Of a stretch of 64,000 bases of DNA, positions 10,107-21,108 are shown one piece after another (position 1 is the stretch's first letter; every line of letters starts with the position of its first letter). Source of the DNA: Desulfobacterales bacterium (lineage in GTDB: Bacteria > Desulfobacterota > Desulfobacteria > Desulfobacterales > SURF-7); contig JABHLN010000004.1 in assembly GCA_018693105.1 (NCBI GenBank), positions 2,327-66,326 on the forward strand. The letters are read 5' to 3'. The notes under the pieces are model-generated. The model searched no databases, had not been told where the DNA came from, and saw nothing but the letters and a program-made list of their open reading frames with translations. Position numbers and translations under genes: made by a program.

Positions 10107-10256
10107 TAGTCACTATCCGGTCCCGCCAAAGCGGGATTTCCAATATCTTCGTTATACTCAAAAAAGAATCCTCGGAGTATCAAACATATACCCGCGGTTA
10201 TTTTTTTAGCATGCCTTGATCTTGAACAAAAATCCTCATTTCTGGATGGACACTAT
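10107..10256 (+). mobile_element. Family D/F element, copy F2
   Basis: The core CCAATATCTTCGTTATACTCAAAAAAGAATCCTCGGAGTATCAAACATAT aligns with D1 (CCAATTTCTTCGTCATGCTCAAATTTTAATCCTCGAAATACTCAATGTAT). The right terminus is ...CATTTCTGGATGGACACTAT. Confidence 0.8.
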
Positions 10257-10404
10257 GTTAGTAATTAAGAAAACATTCTATTTTGGCTTTCAGGTATAAT
10301 TGAATTATTCTTTACAAAGCCAAAACATATAAATATTGGTTCCACAACCTCCTTCCAGATTTTGATTTTGCCAAATTTAATTATAAAATTAGAGGCTTTT
10401 AACC

Positions 10405-11226
10405 ATGCCTGAAACTATTGTCCTTGTTGATAGACTGGGATTTCCTGAATGTCCCCGATGGCATAATGGAAGATTATTTTTTTCCGATATGAATACTGGT
10501 TGGGTTATAGCTGTAGATCTTCAAGGCAGAACAGAAGAAATCGTCATGGTCCCGGGGCAACCGGCCGGCCTTGGATGGCTGCCTGACGGAAAACTACTTG
10601 TTGTATCAATGACAGACCGCTGCCTCATGAAGATGAACCCTGCTGGACTATTCGAATTTGCTGATTTGAGCACTCTTGCGTCTTATCATTGTAATGATAT
10701 GGTTGTTAACTCCCGTGGTATGGCATATGTGGGAAACTTTGGTTCAGACCTTAATAATATTAATTCGTTGAAACCGGCAGAAATCATAATGATTGATCCG
10801 GAAGGAAAGGCAAAGGTTGTTGCCGATCAGCTTGTTTTTCCTAACGGGGCTGTAATTACACCTGATGAAAACACCCTCATTGTTGCTGAAACATTTGCTT
10901 CCCGCCTTACCGCATTTGATATTCTTGAAAATGGTTCTCTTGCTAATCGTCGTGTATGGGCAGAACTAAAAGGTACCATGCCGGATGGAATATGTCTGGA
11001 TGAAGAAGGCGCTATATGGGTTGCATCCCCATTTGAAGGGAAAGTAATACGTATCAAAGAAGGAGGAGAGATAACTGCACAGATACAAATATCTAATAAA
11101 CCATATGCATGTATGTTTGGAGGACCCGGTCATAATGTTCTCTTTATCCTTTCATCAGGTTCAACTTATCAAAGCGGAAGGATTGAAACTATAAACTTAG
11201 ACATATCCGGAGCTGGTTATCCATAA
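10405..11226 (+). CDS. SMP-30/gluconolactonase/LRE-like beta-propeller protein
   Basis: 273 aa. FPECPRWHNGRLFFSD at the N-terminus and repeated propeller-blade patterns (FPNGAVITPDENTLIVAET, PDGICLDEEGAIWVA). Confidence 0.75.
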   Translation: MPETIVLVDRLGFPECPRWHNGRLFFSDMNTGWVIAVDLQGRTEEIVMVPGQPAGLGWLPDGKLLVVSMTDRCLMKMNPAGLFEFADLSTLASYHCNDMVVNSRGMAYVGNFGSDLNNINSLKPAEIIMIDPEGKAKVVADQLVFPNGAVITPDENTLIVAETFASRLTAFDILENGSLANRRVWAELKGTMPDGICLDEEGAIWVASPFEGKVIRIKEGGEITAQIQISNKPYACMFGGPGHNVLFILSSGSTYQSGRIETINLDISGAGYP

Positions 11227-11399
11227 TAATTATGGGAAAAAGGGGCTCATTTTCAATTCTCATATTAAAGTTACCGTAAATATTCAAAAGGACAGGAAGT
11301 CATGAAACATGCAGTACAAGCAAATGAGCAGTAGGGCGTTTTTTCAGGGAAGCCACTCCATGGATAATTATCGATTAACCCTCAACTCCGGTTTAAGAT

Positions 11400-11428
11400 T
11401 TGACACGAATATTTGATTTTATTATAAC
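11400..11428 (+). promoter_or_regulatory. candidate sigma70-type promoter upstream of pepA
   Basis: TTGACA (11400-11405), 17 nt spacer, TATAAC (11423-11428). Sequence pattern only. Confidence 0.3.
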
Positions 11429-11558
11429 TCTTATGAATTTTAATTATTTGAAGATACTCTAAATTTTATTGCAAAAAGGTAAATTAATAGTATAGAAAGC
11501 AACCTGCTTTTGAATAGGGCCAACATCGGTTTGTAAATAATATCAAGGAGAAATGAAC

Positions 11559-13028
11559 ATGTTGAGATTAAAGAATGTTGATTTTAATAAAGATAAGGTG
11601 AAAACTTTTGTTATCCCGGTTTGTGAAGACAAAGATATACATGACAACAGATTAGTTTCTTCTATTAAAAAAGAAATATCCGGAATAAAAGAGTTTAAAG
11701 GCAGAAAGGGCGATGAAGTTACACTATATAATATATCTGGAAAAAAAATTGAGAAAGTGATTTTTATAGGTATCGGGAAGGTTGAAACTATCGATGCGGA
11801 ATCTCTTCGTGCATTTGCAGGTAGTGTAGTAAAAAAGTGTATTCAAAAAGGTTTTGGAGAAGTAATGATTTCTGTACCTTCTGCAGGTAAAATAAAGATT
11901 GAACTACAATTAATGCTCAAATCTTTAATGGAGGGAGGATATCTGGGAAATCATATCTTTGATAAATATAAGAAAGACAAAAAAAACAAACCATTAAAAA
12001 GAATTGATTTTTTTGTAAAAGCCGATATTGCAAAAAAATTCAACAGACTTTCATCCCATGTGAAAAAAATCTGTGACAGTACAATCATTGCCCGTGAATG
12101 GGTAAACACCCCGTCAAATGACAAAAAACCGGTGGATTTCACAAAATCAATTGCCGCATTAGGGAAAAAGGCAGGGCTAAATATTACCGTTTTAGATGAG
12201 AAACAGCTGAAAATGAAAAAGTTTGGTTCTCTGCTTGCAGTTGCAGCCGGAAGTATAAATAAACCTCGAATGGTTATAATGGAATACAGTCCAAAAAAAC
12301 CCAGGAAGACAGTTGTTCTTGTAGGTAAAGGAGTAACGTTTGACTCAGGAGGTATAAACTTAAAAACATCCGAAGGTCTTAATAATATGAAAATGGATAT
12401 GGCTGGTGCTGCTGCGGTTGCCTCAACCCTTATAGCCGTTTCAAATATAAAACCTGACATAAAAGTTGTTGGAGTATTGCCTATTGTGGAAAATATGCCT
12501 TCAGGTTCTGCAATCCGACCCGGTGATGTTATTAAAAGTTTTGAAGGTAAAACTATTGAAATAGGAAATACAGATGCTGAAGGAAGGTTGATTCTTATCG
12601 ATGCAATGGCATATGCAATTAAGAAGTATAAACCAAATGTTCTTATTGATGTAGCAACTTTAACCGGAGCGTGCGTTGTTGCTCTGGGTGAAAAGATTGC
12701 CGGTGTATTCTCTTTTGATAATAAAATAGCTGATTCAATTGTTAAATCCGGTGAACGAACTTTCGAGAGATGCTGGCAAATGCCTATGCCGAAAGACTAT
12801 AAAGAATTTCTTAAAAGTGAAATTGCCGATATCAAGAATATCGGGAATTCACGATATGGTGGTGCCATTACAGCAGCCATGTTTTTGTCGGAGTTCACAG
12901 GTGATACAAAATGGGCACATATAGATATTGCAGGACCTGCATTTATTAACAAGGGGACTGCATATTGCGGGGCAGGAGGTTCCGGATTCGGGGTCCGCCT
13001 TTTATGTGATTATTTAGAAAATATATGA
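11559..13028 (+). CDS. pepA: leucyl aminopeptidase (M17)
   Basis: M17 signatures VGKGVTFDSGG and NTDAEGRL. I chose the ATG at 11559 (8 nt after AAGGAG) over 11553 (2 nt after). Confidence 0.9.
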   Translation: MLRLKNVDFNKDKVKTFVIPVCEDKDIHDNRLVSSIKKEISGIKEFKGRKGDEVTLYNISGKKIEKVIFIGIGKVETIDAESLRAFAGSVVKKCIQKGFGEVMISVPSAGKIKIELQLMLKSLMEGGYLGNHIFDKYKKDKKNKPLKRIDFFVKADIAKKFNRLSSHVKKICDSTIIAREWVNTPSNDKKPVDFTKSIAALGKKAGLNITVLDEKQLKMKKFGSLLAVAAGSINKPRMVIMEYSPKKPRKTVVLVGKGVTFDSGGINLKTSEGLNNMKMDMAGAAAVASTLIAVSNIKPDIKVVGVLPIVENMPSGSAIRPGDVIKSFEGKTIEIGNTDAEGRLILIDAMAYAIKKYKPNVLIDVATLTGACVVALGEKIAGVFSFDNKIADSIVKSGERTFERCWQMPMPKDYKEFLKSEIADIKNIGNSRYGGAITAAMFLSEFTGDTKWAHIDIAGPAFINKGTAYCGAGGSGFGVRLLCDYLENI

Positions 13029-13056
13029 AGATTTTTTACTTTATACGAGTTCATCA
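13022..13056 (+). repeat. Family A right-end fragment with internal deletion
   Basis: TATATGAAGATTTTTTACTTTATACGAGTTCATCA. The pepA stop TGA (13026-13028) lies inside the conserved TATATGAAG block. Confidence 0.7.
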
Positions 13057-13117
13057 AAATTGACTCTTTGTATACCTTCAAAAATATTTGTCTAAAATTA
13101 TAATTCAGGTGGCCTGG

Positions 13118-14344
13118 ATGAGTAAAATTTATTTGTTAAAAAATACTATTCAGGAATATGCATGGGGTTCATATACAGCCATAAATGAACTTCTTGGCAA
13201 GGGCCCCGGGGATAAAACTGATAAACCACAGGCCGAGCTTTGGATGGGTGCGCACCCTAAAGCGCCATCCCTTGTAAAATATAAAGGGAAATGGGTTTCA
13301 CTGTCCGAAATAATTATTGAAAATCAACAGAATATTCTTGGGGATGAAGTAAATAGTAAATTTGACGGGAAGCTTCCTTATCTGTTCAAAGTTCTTGCTG
13401 CGGCAAAACCTCTTTCGATTCAAGCACATCCCAGTCTCTCCCAGGCAAAAGAAGGCTTTGAAAATGAAAACAGGGAAGGCATACCTTTGAATGCACTTTC
13501 CAGGAATTATAAGGATGATAATCACAAACCGGAATGTATATGCGCTTTGACATCCTTTTGGGCTCTTAACGGTTTTCGCATGATACCGGAGATATTGTCC
13601 TATATGGATATTATTACTCCGCCTTCATTTAATGGAGTACTTGATATATTAAGAAAGGAACCGAATTCATCAGGGTTGAAGATTTTTTTTAATTCTTTGA
13701 TGACAATGGAAAAGGACAAGCAGAAGCAGATTATAACCGGTACCGTAGAAAATGTACTCAAGCTGTCGAAAAAGGACCCTGTATATAACCCGGTATATAA
13801 ATGGATAGTAAAGCTTAATAATGAATATCCCGGTGATATTGGTGTTTTTGCCCCTGTTCTATTAAATCTTATATGCCTTGAGCCCGGGCAGGCAATGTTT
13901 CTACCTTCAGGCGAGCTGCATGCATACCTTGAAGGTGTTGGTATAGAACTAATGGCAAACTCTGATAATGTGTTAAGAGGCGGACTGACACCAAAACATG
14001 TAGATTTGAAGGAATTATTAAAGGTTCTTAATTTCAGGGAAAGAGAGGTTGAGATACTTTTACCTGTCAGGAAAAACAATTGTGAAAGTATTTATGAAAG
14101 CAGGGCGGATGAATTTGTTCTATCAGTTGTTAAGGTAAGTGAAAAAAATGATTGCTCTGTCTTTCAAAATAGAAGTGTTGAGATAATTCTATGTATTGAA
14201 GGTAATGCCTCGGTTTCAAATATCCATGCAAATGGAGATGCTGTAATGCTTGAAAAAGGGACTTCTGTTCTTATACCGGCGTCCATACCTGAATATGAAA
14301 TAAATGGGAACGCAACTCTTTACAAGGCTTCAATTCCTTTATAA
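13118..14344 (+). CDS. manA: mannose-6-phosphate isomerase, type I
   Basis: YAWGS at the N-terminus, LSIQAHPS, and the metal-ligand region GELHAYLEG. Start set at ATG 13118, after AGGTGG. Confidence 0.85.
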   Translation: MSKIYLLKNTIQEYAWGSYTAINELLGKGPGDKTDKPQAELWMGAHPKAPSLVKYKGKWVSLSEIIIENQQNILGDEVNSKFDGKLPYLFKVLAAAKPLSIQAHPSLSQAKEGFENENREGIPLNALSRNYKDDNHKPECICALTSFWALNGFRMIPEILSYMDIITPPSFNGVLDILRKEPNSSGLKIFFNSLMTMEKDKQKQIITGTVENVLKLSKKDPVYNPVYKWIVKLNNEYPGDIGVFAPVLLNLICLEPGQAMFLPSGELHAYLEGVGIELMANSDNVLRGGLTPKHVDLKELLKVLNFREREVEILLPVRKNNCESIYESRADEFVLSVVKVSEKNDCSVFQNRSVEIILCIEGNASVSNIHANGDAVMLEKGTSVLIPASIPEYEINGNATLYKASIPL

Positions 14345-14503
14345 GCATTATTAAGAAATATAATAATTTAAAATTTTATATTAAGTGCAGGTGATACACC
14401 CTTTGATATACTCATTCAAACGTTCATTTCGGGAAAGCTGAGCCCCAATCCTGGGTCACTTAAATGGGGAGAAATTTTTCTGATACAATTGTCTTTTTTT
14501 GAA

Positions 14504-14534
14504 AAGGCCTTAACTTTACGGTTAAGGCCTTTTG
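14504..14534 (+). terminator. hairpin terminator candidate downstream of manA
   Basis: 11-bp perfect stem AAGGCCTTAAC / GTTAAGGCCTT with loop TTTACG. A short T run follows and an A/T run precedes, so it may be bidirectional. Confidence 0.5.
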
Positions 14535-14724
14535 TGATATAGGCTCCTTAATTAGTTCTTATATATTAAGATGCCTTTTATGTAATTTGTAGTAAAATAG
14601 TTTCCTTAAATATATATATATCGGTTGTGGCTCTTAAGGAAGTATTAGGACTAATTGATGCAAGTTTTTGATAAATTATAATCTCTTTGTATGCGGGTAT
14701 AAAAATTTATATTAGAGGTGGAAA

Positions 14725-15198
14725 ATGAGAATTGGGACCGGATACGATGTGCATCGTTTAGTTCCGGATAGAAAACTGATTCTTGGTGGAGTAACAATTC
14801 CTAATAAACTGGGTTTACTTGGCCATTCAGATGCTGATGTTCTTGTCCATTCATTATGTGATGCATTATTAGGTGCGGCAGGCATGGGTGATATCGGGAT
14901 TCATTTCTCTGACTCTGATCCTGAATATAAAGATATCGATAGTATGAAAATACTATCTTCAGTCCTGGAAATGGTTTCAGAAAAGGGTTTTATAATAATA
15001 AATATTGATTCGACCATATGTGCAGAATCACCAAAAATTGCTCCCTATAGGGATGATATTCAGAAAAATATTGCAAAGATCTTAAAAATTGATTTTGATC
15101 GTGTTAATATAAAAGCTACTACGACCGAGGGTCTTGGTTTTATTGGCCGGGGTGAAGGGATAGGCGCAATGAGTACAGTTCTTTTGAATCTAATTTAA
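14725..15198 (+). CDS. ispF: 2-C-methyl-D-erythritol 2,4-cyclodiphosphate synthase
   Basis: MRIGTGYDVHRL..GHSDADVLVHS..TTTEGLGFIGRGEGI; 157 aa. Confidence 0.92.
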   Translation: MRIGTGYDVHRLVPDRKLILGGVTIPNKLGLLGHSDADVLVHSLCDALLGAAGMGDIGIHFSDSDPEYKDIDSMKILSSVLEMVSEKGFIIINIDSTICAESPKIAPYRDDIQKNIAKILKIDFDRVNIKATTTEGLGFIGRGEGIGAMSTVLLNLI

Positions 15199-15213
15199 CA
15201 CCGGGGAATAAGT

Positions 15214-16662
15214 ATGAGTTTAAATATATATAATACATTGAGCGGGAATAAAGAACCATTTGAACCCTTTGAACCTGGAAAGGTAAAAATGTATGTCTGC
15301 GGCCCTACAGTTTATGATTCCTGCCATATCGGCCATGCAAGATCAGTGGTGGTTTTTGATGTTATAGTTCGTTACTTACGTGCAATTGGCTATGATACTA
15401 CTTACATCAGAAATTTCACTGATGTAGATGATAAAATAATTAACCGGGCAAATGATTTAGGTATTACATTAAAAGAGCTGTCCGAGAAATATATTGATGA
15501 ATTCAATGAAGACATGGATGCTCTGAATGTCAGGAGACCTGATTTCGCACCAAAGGCTACAGAGCATATTGATCAGATAATTGATGTAATCAAAAGACTT
15601 ATTGAAAAAGGCCACGCATACCAGGTTAATGGTGATGTTTATTATTCTGTAAATTCTTTTGAAGGGTATGGAAAACTTTCAGGGCGAAAACTGGAAGATA
15701 TGGAAGCAGGTGCAAGAGTTGATATTGATGAGAAAAAAAATAATCCGTTTGATTTTGCCCTCTGGAAATCTGCTAAACCTGATGAACCTTCATGGGATAG
15801 CCCTTGGGGTGAGGGTAGGCCCGGATGGCATATTGAATGTTCTGCCATGGGTCGTGAATTTCTTGGAGAAACGTTTGATATTCACGGTGGTGGTAAGGAT
15901 CTGATTTTCCCGCACCATGAAAATGAGATAGCCCAGTCTGAAGCGGCATTTGGGAAACAATTTGTCAGATATTGGGTGCATAACGGTTTTGTTAATATTA
16001 ATCAGGAAAAAATGTCAAAATCACTTGGAAACTTCAAGATGATAAAAGATGTGATAATGAAATATCATCCTGAAGCTGTGCGTCTTTTCCTTTTATCAAA
16101 TCATTACAGAAGTCCGATAGATTTTAATGATAAATCAATGGACGAATCAAGTGCAGGACTTGACAAGATATATACTCTGCTTCTCCGTGTTGAGAAAAGT
16201 ATCGGTTCCGCCAAAGATATTGAACCTGCAAATATTTATGAAAAATTCTGTGAAGCAATGGATGATGATTTTAATACAGCCCGCGGTATAGGTATAATTT
16301 TTGATTCTGTCAGAAGTATAAACCGTATGCTTGATAAAAATACTGCAGGGGCTTTGGATGACAATTTGTCTGTTGAAGAAAAAAAAGAAATCGGATCCGC
16401 CCATGCCGATATTCTCAGGATAGGCAATGTCCTTGGAATTATTACTGAATCACCGGAAGCTTATTTCAATAAAAAGAAAGAAACAGCTCTTGAGGATAAA
16501 TCGGTTGATGCTGAAATGATTGAGGAAATGATAAAAAAACGTTTCGAAGCCAGGAAAGCCAAAGATTTTGAAACTGCCGATAGCATAAGAGACAAACTTG
16601 ATTCCTTGAATATAACACTTGAGGATAGTCCTGAAGGAACTATTTGGAAAGTAAAAGAATAA
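15214..16662 (+). CDS. cysS: cysteine--tRNA ligase
   Basis: Class I motifs CHIGHARS and KMSKSLGN, plus GWHIECSAM. Confidence 0.93.
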   Translation: MSLNIYNTLSGNKEPFEPFEPGKVKMYVCGPTVYDSCHIGHARSVVVFDVIVRYLRAIGYDTTYIRNFTDVDDKIINRANDLGITLKELSEKYIDEFNEDMDALNVRRPDFAPKATEHIDQIIDVIKRLIEKGHAYQVNGDVYYSVNSFEGYGKLSGRKLEDMEAGARVDIDEKKNNPFDFALWKSAKPDEPSWDSPWGEGRPGWHIECSAMGREFLGETFDIHGGGKDLIFPHHENEIAQSEAAFGKQFVRYWVHNGFVNINQEKMSKSLGNFKMIKDVIMKYHPEAVRLFLLSNHYRSPIDFNDKSMDESSAGLDKIYTLLLRVEKSIGSAKDIEPANIYEKFCEAMDDDFNTARGIGIIFDSVRSINRMLDKNTAGALDDNLSVEEKKEIGSAHADILRIGNVLGIITESPEAYFNKKKETALEDKSVDAEMIEEMIKKRFEARKAKDFETADSIRDKLDSLNITLEDSPEGTIWKVKE

Positions 16663-16666
16663 ACCT

Positions 16667-16810
16667 TGATGGTGTCGTAAAAAGTCTCCATCTACTGCGT
16701 TATAGCGATTGGTCAGACACTCGACATACTGCATGTATGCCTTCACCCCTGATCAACCGTTATGCCTTGTATATGAAGATTTCTACTTAGTCATCGGTAC
16801 GAGTTCATCA
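16667..16810 (+). mobile_element. Family A element, full length
   Basis: TGATGGTGTCGTAAAAAGTCTCCATCTACTGCGTTATAGCG...GGTACGAGTTCATCA. Flanked by direct ACCT (16663-16666 and 16811-16814). Starts 4 nt after the cysS stop. Confidence 0.9.
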
Positions 16811-16857
16811 ACCTTAATACTTCTTTTTTTTATTTTATAGAGTTTTACTGTTATTAC

Positions 16858-18852
16858 ATGTCTGAGTTTAAAATAATATCGGAGTTTGTTCCAAAAGGCG
16901 ACCAGCCCGGAGCAATAGATACTCTCAGTGAAGGGATACTTAATGATAGGAAACACCAGGTTCTTCTCGGGGTCACAGGTTCCGGTAAAACATTTACTAT
17001 GGCCAATGTTATTCAGAGAGTACAGAAACCGACTCTTGTAATAGCTCCAAACAAAACTCTTGCTGCGCAGCTTTATAATGAATTTAAGGTTTTGTTTCCT
17101 GAAAATGCAGTAGAATATTTTGTCAGTTACTACGATTACTATCAACCCGAAGCTTATATACCAACGAGTGACACATATATCCAAAAAGATTCCTCCATAA
17201 ATGAAATGATTGATAAATTGCGTCATTCTGCCACCAGATCGGTTCTTACCCGAAAAGATGTTATCATAGTAGCGAGCGTATCGTGTATTTTCGGACTTGG
17301 TGCACCTGAAGATTACCTTGCCATGAGGGTTGATATTGTAAAAGGTAAGGAAATGTCGAGAGACGCTATGCTTAGTGGCTTTGTAGCCATGCATTATGAA
17401 AGAAATGATGTTGATTTTTACAGGGGAGTTTTCAGGGTTAGAGGTGATCGAGTTGAAATATTTCCTGCTTATGAGGAAGCAATGGCTTACCGCATTGAAT
17501 TCTTCGGGGATGAAATTGAGAGCCTTGCGGAAATAGACCCATTGAAGGGTAATGTAATAAGGAGTTTAAACCATCTTACAATTTATCCTGCAAGTCATTA
17601 TGTTACTCAGAAGCAAACCCGTACCAGGGCCATAGAAACTATCAAGGATGAACTTAAGGAGCGCATAGCATTTTTTAGAAATGAGAACAAACTTATTGAA
17701 GCCCAGCGTATTGAGGAAAGAACAAATTTTGATTTAGAGATGATGCTTGAGATCGGTTATTGTAACGGCATAGAAAATTATTCACGACATATCACCGGAA
17801 GAGAACCCGGAGAGCCTCCGCCGACATTAATTGATTATTATCCCGAGGATTTTCTGATTTTTATCGATGAAAGTCACATTGCCATGCCCCAGATTAGAGC
17901 AATGTACAAAGGTGACAGGTCTCGAAAGGAAACCCTTATTAAATATGGTTTCAGGCTTCCGTCGGCCCTTGACAACCGCCCCTTTAAATTTGAAGAGTTT
18001 GTTTCAAGAATATCAAGGATAATTTTTGTTTCAGCAACTCCGGCAGATTATGAACTTGATATGAGCAGACAGAATGTGGTTGAACAGATCGTAAGGCCAA
18101 CAGGTCTTATTGATCCTGTTATAGATGTAAGAAGTGCAAAAAACCAGGTTGATGATCTTTTTGAAGAGGTTCAGGACAGGATAAAAAAAGATGAAAGAGT
18201 TCTCGTCACAACACTTACCAAACGAATGGCTGAGGATCTCACAGATTATTATTCCGATCTCGGGGTCAAAGTACGTTATCTTCATTCAGATGTGAAAACT
18301 ATGGAGCGGATTGAGATTATACAGGATCTTAGAATGGGAAAATTTCATGTTCTGATAGGTATAAATCTTTTACGGGAAGGTCTCGATATTCCTGAAGTTT
18401 CATTAGTTGCCATACTTGATGCAGACAAGGAGGGTTTTCTTCGTTCTGCAAGATCCTTAATCCAGATCTGTGGACGTGCATCCAGAAATGTAAATGGGAA
18501 AGTCATAATGTATGCCGACAGGAATACCGACTCGATGAAACAAGCAATGAATGAAACAAATCGCCGTAGAAAAGTTCAGGAATCATATAATAGTTATTTT
18601 AATATTACACCTAAATCTATAGAAAAAGATATTACAAAAGTCTTTGACTTTGAAGAAACTACCAATTCGAATATTCAGGATAAGGTTGTTGAGACTATTG
18701 CTGAATATAAGACCCTTGATAACCTTGATGAAATAATCAATTCTCTTGAGAAAGAAATGAATGAGACCGCAAAGGCTCTTGACTTTGAAAGGGCAGCAGA
18801 AATCAGGGATATTATAAGAGAACTTAAAAAAATAGTAGTATTTGAGCTTTAA
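16858..18852 (+). CDS. uvrB: excinuclease ABC subunit B
   Basis: [21 protein letters not shown], and a C-terminal UVR motif ([11 protein letters not shown]). Confidence 0.95.
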   Translation: MSEFKIISEFVPKGDQPGAIDTLSEGILNDRKHQVLLGVTGSGKTFTMANVIQRVQKPTLVIAPNKTLAAQLYNEFKVLFPENAVEYFVSYYDYYQPEAYIPTSDTYIQKDSSINEMIDKLRHSATRSVLTRKDVIIVASVSCIFGLGAPEDYLAMRVDIVKGKEMSRDAMLSGFVAMHYERNDVDFYRGVFRVRGDRVEIFPAYEEAMAYRIEFFGDEIESLAEIDPLKGNVIRSLNHLTIYPASHYVTQKQTRTRAIETIKDELKERIAFFRNENKLIEAQRIEERTNFDLEMMLEIGYCNGIENYSRHITGREPGEPPPTLIDYYPEDFLIFIDESHIAMPQIRAMYKGDRSRKETLIKYGFRLPSALDNRPFKFEEFVSRISRIIFVSATPADYELDMSRQNVVEQIVRPTGLIDPVIDVRSAKNQVDDLFEEVQDRIKKDERVLVTTLTKRMAEDLTDYYSDLGVKVRYLHSDVKTMERIEIIQDLRMGKFHVLIGINLLREGLDIPEVSLVAILDADKEGFLRSARSLIQICGRASRNVNGKVIMYADRNTDSMKQAMNETNRRRKVQESYNSYFNITPKSIEKDITKVFDFEETTNSNIQDKVVETIAEYKTLDNLDEIINSLEKEMNETAKALDFERAAEIRDIIRELKKIVVFEL

Positions 18853-18855
18853 TAT

Positions 18856-20703
18856 ATGGATAAAGATATCAAAGAGGGGAAAAGCCTTGTTGAGAAACTG
18901 CCCAGAGTTTCGACCTCTCCAGGCGTATACCTGATGAAAGATATTAATGGGGTTATAATATATGTAGGAAAGGCTCTTAATCTCAGGAAAAGAATGGCTT
19001 CATATTTTTTTCTACCATCATTGGATTCAGGCCGAACAGATATTAAAACAGGTGTTTTGATTAATAAAATATCTGATTTTGAAACAATTATAACTGAAAC
19101 CGAGAATGAAGCCCTGATTCTTGAATCAAACCTGATTAAAAAATACAGGCCCCGATATAATATAATCTTAAAAGATGACAAACGTTATCCTTCACTTAGG
19201 CTTAACGTTAATGATCCTTACCCATTTCTTGGTATAGTCAGAAAAATAAAGAATGATGGCGCCCAGTACTTTGGACCCTATTCATCAGCCTATTCAGTTC
19301 GTAATACTTTAAAGACGATAAACAGAACATTCAAACTTCGAAAATGTAGAACAAGAGATTTTAAAAATAGAACGCGCCCATGCCTTAACTACCAGATGAA
19401 TATTTGCCTTGCCCCATGCTGTCTTGATGTTGACAAGGATATATATAGCGATATTGTTAAAGAAGTAGCACTTTTTTTGAATGGTAAATCCCATGCTTTG
19501 GTAAATAAAATTAAAGATGAAATGACTTCTGCTGCAGGAGGGCAGGATTACGAAAAAGCAGCTATTCTCCGAGATAAGATGTTTGCAATTAAAAAGACAC
19601 TTGAGAAGCAGGTAGTGGTTACTAATGATTTTATTGACAGAGATGTAATCGCTATTGCATGTCGCCCTGAATATACAGTAATCACAATTTTAACTGTTCG
19701 GGGAGGTTTGCTGATTGGCTCACGTCATTTCTGTTTTTCGGAAACCGTATCTATTGAATCTGAAATTGTTAGAAATTTTATTATGCAGTATTATATAAAA
19801 AACCATTATATCCCAAAAGAGATACTTGTACCTGTTCTCCTTGATGATGTGTATATTCTTGAGAAATGGCTTGGGACATTAAAGAAATTAAAAGTACGGA
19901 TTTTGTTTCCCAAAAGGGGTAATAAGAAAAAACTGTTAAATATTGCATTACAGAACGCAGAAAACGAATTGATGGACAGGGTTGTTTCTGATTCAAAGCA
20001 CCTGGACCTTCTTTCAAGATTGCAGAAAATAATTAAGATGGATGTTTTACCCGGTCATATTGAATGTTTTGACAATTCCAATATTTCTGGTGCTGATCCG
20101 GTATCAAGTATGGTGGTATTTAAAAATGGTAAACCTGAAAAGAAGTCATACAGGCGATATAAAATAAAAACTGTTGTAGAGCAAAATGATTATGCCTATA
20201 TGTCCGAGGTTATCGAGAGGCGATATGGAAAAGGTGGCGCTTCAAAACCATATCCTGATTTACTGATTGTTGACGGAGGTAAGGGACAGCTTAATATCGC
20301 TGTATCAATATTAAAGAATCTGGGCATAAATGAAAAGGTTGTGGTTATTGGTATAGCAAAGAAGGATGAGGGAAAAGGTGAAACTTCTGACAAGGTTTAT
20401 ATGTTTGGCAGAGCAAATCATGTTAACATTGGAAGACAAGGCGATGTGTTGCTCTTTCTTCAGTATATAAGGGATGAGGCGCATCGTTTTGCGATTTCAT
20501 TTCACAGATTAAGACGCTCAAAAACAACATTAAGGTCTGTTCTTGACGATATCCCGGGTATAGGGAAAAAAAGAAAGGGGATTTTATTAAAACATTTTGG
20601 TGGAATAAAAAAAATAATGGAAGCGTCTATTGAAGAATTAATAACTTTGCCTGGAATAAGCTCTGAAGTTGCAGAAAATATAAAAGAAAAATTTGACCGG
20701 TAA
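18856..20703 (+). CDS. uvrC: excinuclease ABC subunit C
   Basis: GIY-YIG N-terminus (PGVYLMKD..IIYVGKALNLRKR), a UVR motif (YEKAAILRD) and a C-terminal HhH region. Confidence 0.93.
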   Translation: MDKDIKEGKSLVEKLPRVSTSPGVYLMKDINGVIIYVGKALNLRKRMASYFFLPSLDSGRTDIKTGVLINKISDFETIITETENEALILESNLIKKYRPRYNIILKDDKRYPSLRLNVNDPYPFLGIVRKIKNDGAQYFGPYSSAYSVRNTLKTINRTFKLRKCRTRDFKNRTRPCLNYQMNICLAPCCLDVDKDIYSDIVKEVALFLNGKSHALVNKIKDEMTSAAGGQDYEKAAILRDKMFAIKKTLEKQVVVTNDFIDRDVIAIACRPEYTVITILTVRGGLLIGSRHFCFSETVSIESEIVRNFIMQYYIKNHYIPKEILVPVLLDDVYILEKWLGTLKKLKVRILFPKRGNKKKLLNIALQNAENELMDRVVSDSKHLDLLSRLQKIIKMDVLPGHIECFDNSNISGADPVSSMVVFKNGKPEKKSYRRYKIKTVVEQNDYAYMSEVIERRYGKGGASKPYPDLLIVDGGKGQLNIAVSILKNLGINEKVVVIGIAKKDEGKGETSDKVYMFGRANHVNIGRQGDVLLFLQYIRDEAHRFAISFHRLRRSKTTLRSVLDDIPGIGKKRKGILLKHFGGIKKIMEASIEELITLPGISSEVAENIKEKFDR

Positions 20704-20725
20704 TTTCCCGTTTATTGATTAACAA

Positions 20726-20879
20726 TGATGGCGTCGTAAAAAGTCTCCATCTACTGCGTCGTAGCGGTTGATCAGAAGTTCGACATACTGCATGTATGCC
20801 TTCACTCCTGATCAACCGCTATGCCTTGTATATGAAGATTTCTACTTAGCCATCGTTAGTACTTTTTACGAGTTCATCA
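20726..20879 (+). mobile_element. Family A element, full length
   Basis: TGATGGCGTCGTAAAAAGTCTCCATCTACTGCGTCGTAGCGGTTGATCAG...CTGATCAACCGCTATGCC...ACTTTTTACGAGTTCATCA. Flanked by direct ACAA (20722-20725 and 20880-20883). Confidence 0.92.
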
Positions 20880-21079
20880 ACAATAATAGTTAACTGATTT
20901 GACAAAATGGCTAAAATATTGATTATAGTATAATAACTTGTGTTTTATAACGGTTTTGCAGTGCTTGTTTAGAGAAATGTATACTTTTTTGAGCATTACT
21001 GAGTATGTTTATGAAAAAGTCATGGCGAATAGTACTGATTGATAATAATAAAGAATTGTTATATATAAAACTTCAAATA

Positions 21080-21108
21080 TTGACATAATAGATAAAACTT
21101 CATATATA
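21080..21108 (+). promoter_or_regulatory. candidate sigma70-type promoter upstream of the 21321 gene cluster
   Basis: TTGACA, 17 nt spacer, TATATA. Pattern only. Confidence 0.3.

Noticed and set aside
14380-14500. Possible small RNA or riboswitch between manA and ispF (e.g. the CCCCA...TGGGG stem upstream of the 14504 hairpin)
   Set aside because: It matches no riboswitch consensus I know. It has only a weak local stem and no promoter evidence.
16450-16746. ORFs in the track lying on family A/B repeats (16450-16746, 16461-16691, 20627-20815, 49101-49343, 6231-6755 in part), several beginning METFYD...
   Set aside because: They are reading frames through the repeat (ATGGAGACTTT.TACGACGCCATC is the reverse complement of the left terminus). 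They recur wherever the repeat occurs, lack an RBS, and overlap real gene ends. They are artefacts of the repeat rather than genes.
16783-17394. Long antisense ORFs: 16783-17394 opposite uvrB, 11951-12460 opposite pepA, 13600-14079 opposite manA, 44663-45034, and many 60-100 aa ORFs inside confident genes
   Set aside because: The opposite strand carries unambiguous conserved genes. The antisense translations are low-complexity with no recognisable motifs.
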